From NCBI GenBank assembly GCA_963817405.1, contig CAWFNW010000002.1, forward strand, positions 313,655 through 337,654: 24,000 nucleotides of DNA, given 5' to 3'. Shown piece by piece: positions 20,940-24,000 of this stretch (within the stretch, counting starts at the first letter, position 1; every line of letters starts with the position of its first letter). The notes beneath the pieces are model-generated. The model was not told the origin of the DNA, searched no databases, and saw only the letters and a list, made by a program, of their open reading frames with translations. The DNA comes from an uncultured Actinomycetes bacterium. GTDB taxonomy: Bacteria; Actinomycetota; Coriobacteriia; Anaerosomatales; Anaerosomataceae. The position numbers and the translations under genes are program-made.

Positions 20940-22676
20940 TCACTGAGCATCATCGTTACCCGCGAACTCCTCCGGTCGGGTGGGCGGACCGAGCGCGATG
21001 ACGACGATGGTGAGCATGAGCGCCACCGTGATGTCCGGCAGGAAGGTCTCGGGGCCGAGCGTCCCCGGCTCAAGTGCCGCCCACACCGCGTAGGCCGCTC
21101 CGAGAACCGCGCCGGCGGCGAGCGTGCCCGCAGCGGCCGCGACCCGGGTGGCCCGGCGGCACGCGAGCGAGCAGACCGCGGCGGCGAGCGCCCAGCCTGC
21201 GAGCGCCACGAGCGGACCGGGCGCGAGTAGTGCCGAGGCCCCCGGCGCGTCGGCCAGCGAGGTCCACGGGCTCAAGAGCAGGCGCCACGGAACCCGGAGG
21301 AAGGGGGCGGGGGCGCCCGATACCGCGGAGAGCGCCATCGTGGAGGCGTTGGCTGCGGCGGCGGCCAGCGCTGCGGGGAGTGGTTCGAAGACGAACCCGA
21401 GGATGAGCGGCGTCGCGAGCGCGCCGCGGCCGACCGCGAGGAGCGGGGCTGCGAGCGGCGCGAACGCGTCGCCGCGCCCGTAGCGCCCGCGAAGCGCCCA
21501 GAAGGCGGCGGCGGGCAGCAGCATCAGCGCGGCCGCCCCGAGGCCCATCCGATTGCCGATGCCGGCCGCGAAGGCGAGCGCGCCAAGCGCGAGGCCCAGC
21601 CCGGGAGCGAGCGCAGCGCCGAGTGCGCCGAGTGCTGCGGCGACCGCCACGGGCGCGGCGCCGAGGCCGAACGCGGCCAGTCCCGCCCACAGCAACCACG
21701 CGCAGGCGAGAGCCGCCCAGACGCGCCGCGCGGCGCCGGAGAAGCGCGCGAGCCGGTCCCACAGCCCGAGGGGAGCGAGCGGCTCGGCAGCGGCCGCCGC
21801 GGCCTCATCGTCGACGAGGGACGAGACGACCTCGGCAAGCGATGCTCGCCCCAGGGCGGCATCGCCGAGGTGATCGGACAGCGTGAGCGCGAAGTCGCCC
21901 ACGCTCGGGTAGCGCTCGGCAGGCTCGGGTGCGAGCGCCGCAAGCAGCACGAGGTCGACGCCGGCGGGAAGTCCTGGCTCGAACTCCGTCGGCGCGGGAA
22001 CGTCGGCGACCTCGGTCTTGAAGAGCGAACCCTCCGCGGTCTCCGCGTCGAACGGGTTCGCGCAGGTGAGCGCCTCGTACACGAGCGACGCGAACGCCCA
22101 CTCGTCAGCTCGCGGGCCGAGGGGCTCGCCGCGCACCTGCTCAGGCGGCATGAAGCCGATGGTGCCGGAGGCGCCTCGGGCGACCCCGTGCACGCCTGTG
22201 AGCGCGGAGACGCCGAAGTCGGCCACCTTCACGCGGCCATCGCGCGTGATGAGCACGTTGGCGGGCTTGAGATCGAGATGCAGGACGCCGTTGGCGTGCG
22301 CGAACTCGAGGGCTGCGCTCACCGCCTCGACGAGCGCGGCGGCCTCGTCGAGTGTGAGCGGCGTCCCGGTTGCGTCCAGGAGCTGCGCGAGCGAGACGCC
22401 GTCGATCGCCTCCATGACGATGAACGCCTCGTCGCTGTCGGTGTCCCACTCGTGAACGGTCACGATCGACGGGTGGTTGAGGAGCGCGCCCGTGCGCGCC
22501 TCGGCAAGGCCCGCCTTTGCGAGCGGGCGCCCGGCGCGATCGAGCGGGAGCGGGAGCCGCTTGATCGCCACGCGACGCGCCATCTTGGTGTCGAACGCGA
22601 GCACGACCGAGCCGTGACCGCCGCGACCGAGCTCGCCGAGCGGTCGGTAGCGGTCAAGGATGAGCGGCAGTTCCAC
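20940..22676 (-). CDS. Ser/Thr protein kinase (non-RD) with a long Ala/Gly/Leu-rich polytopic membrane C-terminal region
   Basis: 578 aa. Gly loop GRGGHGSV, VAIKRL, catalytic loop HLDLKPANVLI (Leu replaces the Arg of HRD), DFGVS and FMPPEQ. From about aa 300 there are at least six hydrophobic stretches (for example VWAALACAWLLWAGLAAFGL, LVALAGWALAAAVCSLAC, ITVALMLTIVVIALG), with no PASTA or other recognisable sensor domain. The GTG start has a GAGGGAGG Shine-Dalgarno and lies 9 nt after the ABC-2 permease stop. Confidence 0.88.
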   Translation of the reverse strand: MELPLILDRYRPLGELGRGGHGSVVLAFDTKMARRVAIKRLPLPLDRAGRPLAKAGLAEARTGALLNHPSIVTVHEWDTDSDEAFIVMEAIDGVSLAQLLDATGTPLTLDEAAALVEAVSAALEFAHANGVLHLDLKPANVLITRDGRVKVADFGVSALTGVHGVARGASGTIGFMPPEQVRGEPLGPRADEWAFASLVYEALTCANPFDAETAEGSLFKTEVADVPAPTEFEPGLPAGVDLVLLAALAPEPAERYPSVGDFALTLSDHLGDAALGRASLAEVVSSLVDDEAAAAAAEPLAPLGLWDRLARFSGAARRVWAALACAWLLWAGLAAFGLGAAPVAVAAALGALGAALAPGLGLALGALAFAAGIGNRMGLGAAALMLLPAAAFWALRGRYGRGDAFAPLAAPLLAVGRGALATPLILGFVFEPLPAALAAAAANASTMALSAVSGAPAPFLRVPWRLLLSPWTSLADAPGASALLAPGPLVALAGWALAAAVCSLACRRATRVAAAAGTLAAGAVLGAAYAVWAALEPGTLGPETFLPDITVALMLTIVVIALGPPTRPEEFAGNDDAQ

Positions 22677-22685
22677 AGGCCTCCC

Positions 22686-23975
22686 TCAGCGCTTCTTCCC
22701 CAGCGACAGGCGCATCGTCAGGATCTTGTCCGAGCTGAAGATCCGCGCCGCGACGAAGACGAGCCCGACGAACCACGCCAGCTGGTACGCGATGCCGAGA
22801 GCGACAGTCCCGATGTTGCCGAGGAACAGGTTCGGCGCGGCGGTGAACGAATGGCTGAACGGAATCGCCTTCACCAGCCATTGCAGCCACACCGGCAGGG
22901 ATGAGATGTCGGTCAGAAGCGTGAGGAAGTACGGCACCATCACGAGGATCATCACCGGCGTGAGGAGCGACTGCACGGCTTTCACGTTCTCGGCGAACGC
23001 GCCCAGCATGAGCGCCGCCGCGAGCGCAACGAGGACCGCCGCGAAGATCGAGAGGCCCATGAGCGCGTAGTCGCCAACGCCGAGGGTCAGGCCCAGCTGC
23101 TGGGCAAGCTGCCGCGATGCGTCGAAGCCGCCGGCTCCAGCGCCGCCGAAGCCCTTCTCGAGACCCTTCAGGTACGAGCTCATGCCGATCATGTACGCGG
23201 CTGCCGACAAGAGTGCGATGGTGCCGGCCGCGAGCATCTTGGCGGCGACGAGGCCTGAACGGCTCACCGGCATCGCGAGAAGCGACTCGAGCGTCTTGTT
23301 CTCCTTCTCGGTGGCCACGGCCGTCGCCACCATCTGCATCGCGAAGACGATCACCAAGAACAAGATGATGGGCACGAACGTCGTCTGCGACGAGACGAAG
23401 CCCATGATGGCATCGGGCGAAGCGGCCGCCTGCTTCTCGCCGATGACCACGTTCGGGGTGACCACGAACGGCTCCTTGAGGAACGCGGGGTCGACGCCGG
23501 GAGCCACCGTCTCCGCAGTCGCGAGCCGGGTTCGCTCGGCTGCGAGGGCGACGGCCTGGCTGAGCGCTTCGCTATCGGAAGAGCCCATGAACGAGAAGTC
23601 ACGAATGACCACATAGGTGCCGAGCGGCGCCTGCTTGCCGGCAGCGATCGCGTCCGCGAATCCGGCGGGCACGACCAGGAGGACGCTCGTGCCGTCGCTG
23701 CGCATCGCCTCGATCTGTTCGTCCGCGGTGCCGCTCGTGGAGAGATTGACCTTGAACCCGGCCTCCTCGGCGGCCTGCCGGATGGATTCTGATGCGGGGG
23801 TACCGTCCAGATCGAGCATCCGCAGGCGACGCGTCGCGTCCGCCTGTTCGCTCTGTTGGCCGACCAGCTGCCCGATGGCCATGAACATGACGATCGTGAG
23901 CACGAACGGCAGGAGGATCTGCTTCGTGGCCAGCTCGCGGAGCTCCTTTCTCAGCATCACCCAGAAGCGTCTCAT
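22686..23975 (-). CDS. ABC-2-type exporter permease (one N-terminal TM, large extracytoplasmic loop, C-terminal TM bundle)
   Basis: 429 aa. The N-terminus MRRFWVMLRKELRELATKQILLPFVLTIVMF is typical of ABC-2 permeases. A soluble loop of about 150 aa is followed by about five TM segments (...VPIILFLVIVFAMQMV..., ...LMGLSIFAAVLVALAAALMLGAF..., ...IPFSHSF...). A GGAGG Shine-Dalgarno lies 7 nt upstream. The ATG overlaps the upstream gene's TGA. The family call rests on architecture and composition, not on a search. Confidence 0.7.
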   Translation of the reverse strand: MRRFWVMLRKELRELATKQILLPFVLTIVMFMAIGQLVGQQSEQADATRRLRMLDLDGTPASESIRQAAEEAGFKVNLSTSGTADEQIEAMRSDGTSVLLVVPAGFADAIAAGKQAPLGTYVVIRDFSFMGSSDSEALSQAVALAAERTRLATAETVAPGVDPAFLKEPFVVTPNVVIGEKQAAASPDAIMGFVSSQTTFVPIILFLVIVFAMQMVATAVATEKENKTLESLLAMPVSRSGLVAAKMLAAGTIALLSAAAYMIGMSSYLKGLEKGFGGAGAGGFDASRQLAQQLGLTLGVGDYALMGLSIFAAVLVALAAALMLGAFAENVKAVQSLLTPVMILVMVPYFLTLLTDISSLPVWLQWLVKAIPFSHSFTAAPNLFLGNIGTVALGIAYQLAWFVGLVFVAARIFSSDKILTMRLSLGKKR

Positions 23976-24000
23976 CGTGCCACCTCCGCGAAGACGTTCT
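23972..24000 (-). CDS. 3' end of an upstream CDS cut by the window edge (context suggests the cognate ABC ATPase; not determinable here)
   Basis: The minus-strand frame reads ...NVFAEVAR* with its TGA at 23972-23974, overlapping the permease ATG (ATGA). Only 9 codons are visible. Confidence 0.3.

Noticed and set aside
1-24000. Whole-window search for mobile elements, defence genes, CRISPR arrays and prophage or integrative-element signatures next to the tRNA
   Set aside because: I saw no integrase, transposase, recombinase, nuclease, helicase or methylase signatures in any frame. There are no long inverted or direct repeats and no obvious compositional break. The window looks like core chromosome rather than an accessory island.

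Overview
This is a high-GC, Actinomycetota-like chromosomal window (GC judged by eye, not computed). It is densely packed with genes, and many neighbours share ATGA or GTGA stop/start overlaps. I support 24 protein-coding genes (two cut by the window edges, one a 49-codon gene missing from the ORF track), one tRNA, one strong hairpin and a few weak promoter candidates. I saw no rRNA, CRISPR array, transposase, integrase or long repeat.

Layout:
- 1-435 (-): HAD-family hydrolase, truncated by the window edge.
- 598-7431: a polyphosphate locus. It holds a CHAD protein, an opposite-strand HTH/coiled-coil protein, CYTH, Ppx/GppA, an unannotated small Lys/Cys-rich ORF, PPK2 and PPK1.
- 7594-9751 (+): a GNAT acetyltransferase followed by a NitT/TauT-type ABC ATPase and permease, with no binding-protein gene.
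- 9777-12861 (-): a cytoplasmic PAS-PAS hybrid histidine kinase with two receiver domains, followed by two stand-alone receiver proteins.
- 13033-13108 (-): tRNA-Arg(CCT). 13248-13865 (+): a phosphoribosyltransferase-family protein.
- 13887-20847 (-): the conserved actinobacterial cell-wall Ser/Thr signalling cluster, in transcription order fhaA, fhaB, pstP, a single-ORF RodA(SEDS)-PBP fusion, and pknB with four PASTA domains.
- 20940-24000 (-): upstream of that cluster, an ABC-2 exporter permease followed directly by a non-RD Ser/Thr kinase with a polytopic membrane C-terminus.

Most of this is conserved housekeeping. I do not see a defence island or a clearly new multi-gene system. The points most worth follow-up are:
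- the small basic 4-Cys ORF coupled to ppk1-ppk2, and the Lys-rich tails on both kinases;
- the natural SEDS-bPBP fusion;
- the non-RD polytopic kinase coupled to an ABC-2 transporter;
- the phosphorelay with four receiver domains and no output domain;
- a shared 9-mer in two divergent promoter regions of the polyphosphate locus.

I cannot establish novelty without database searches.
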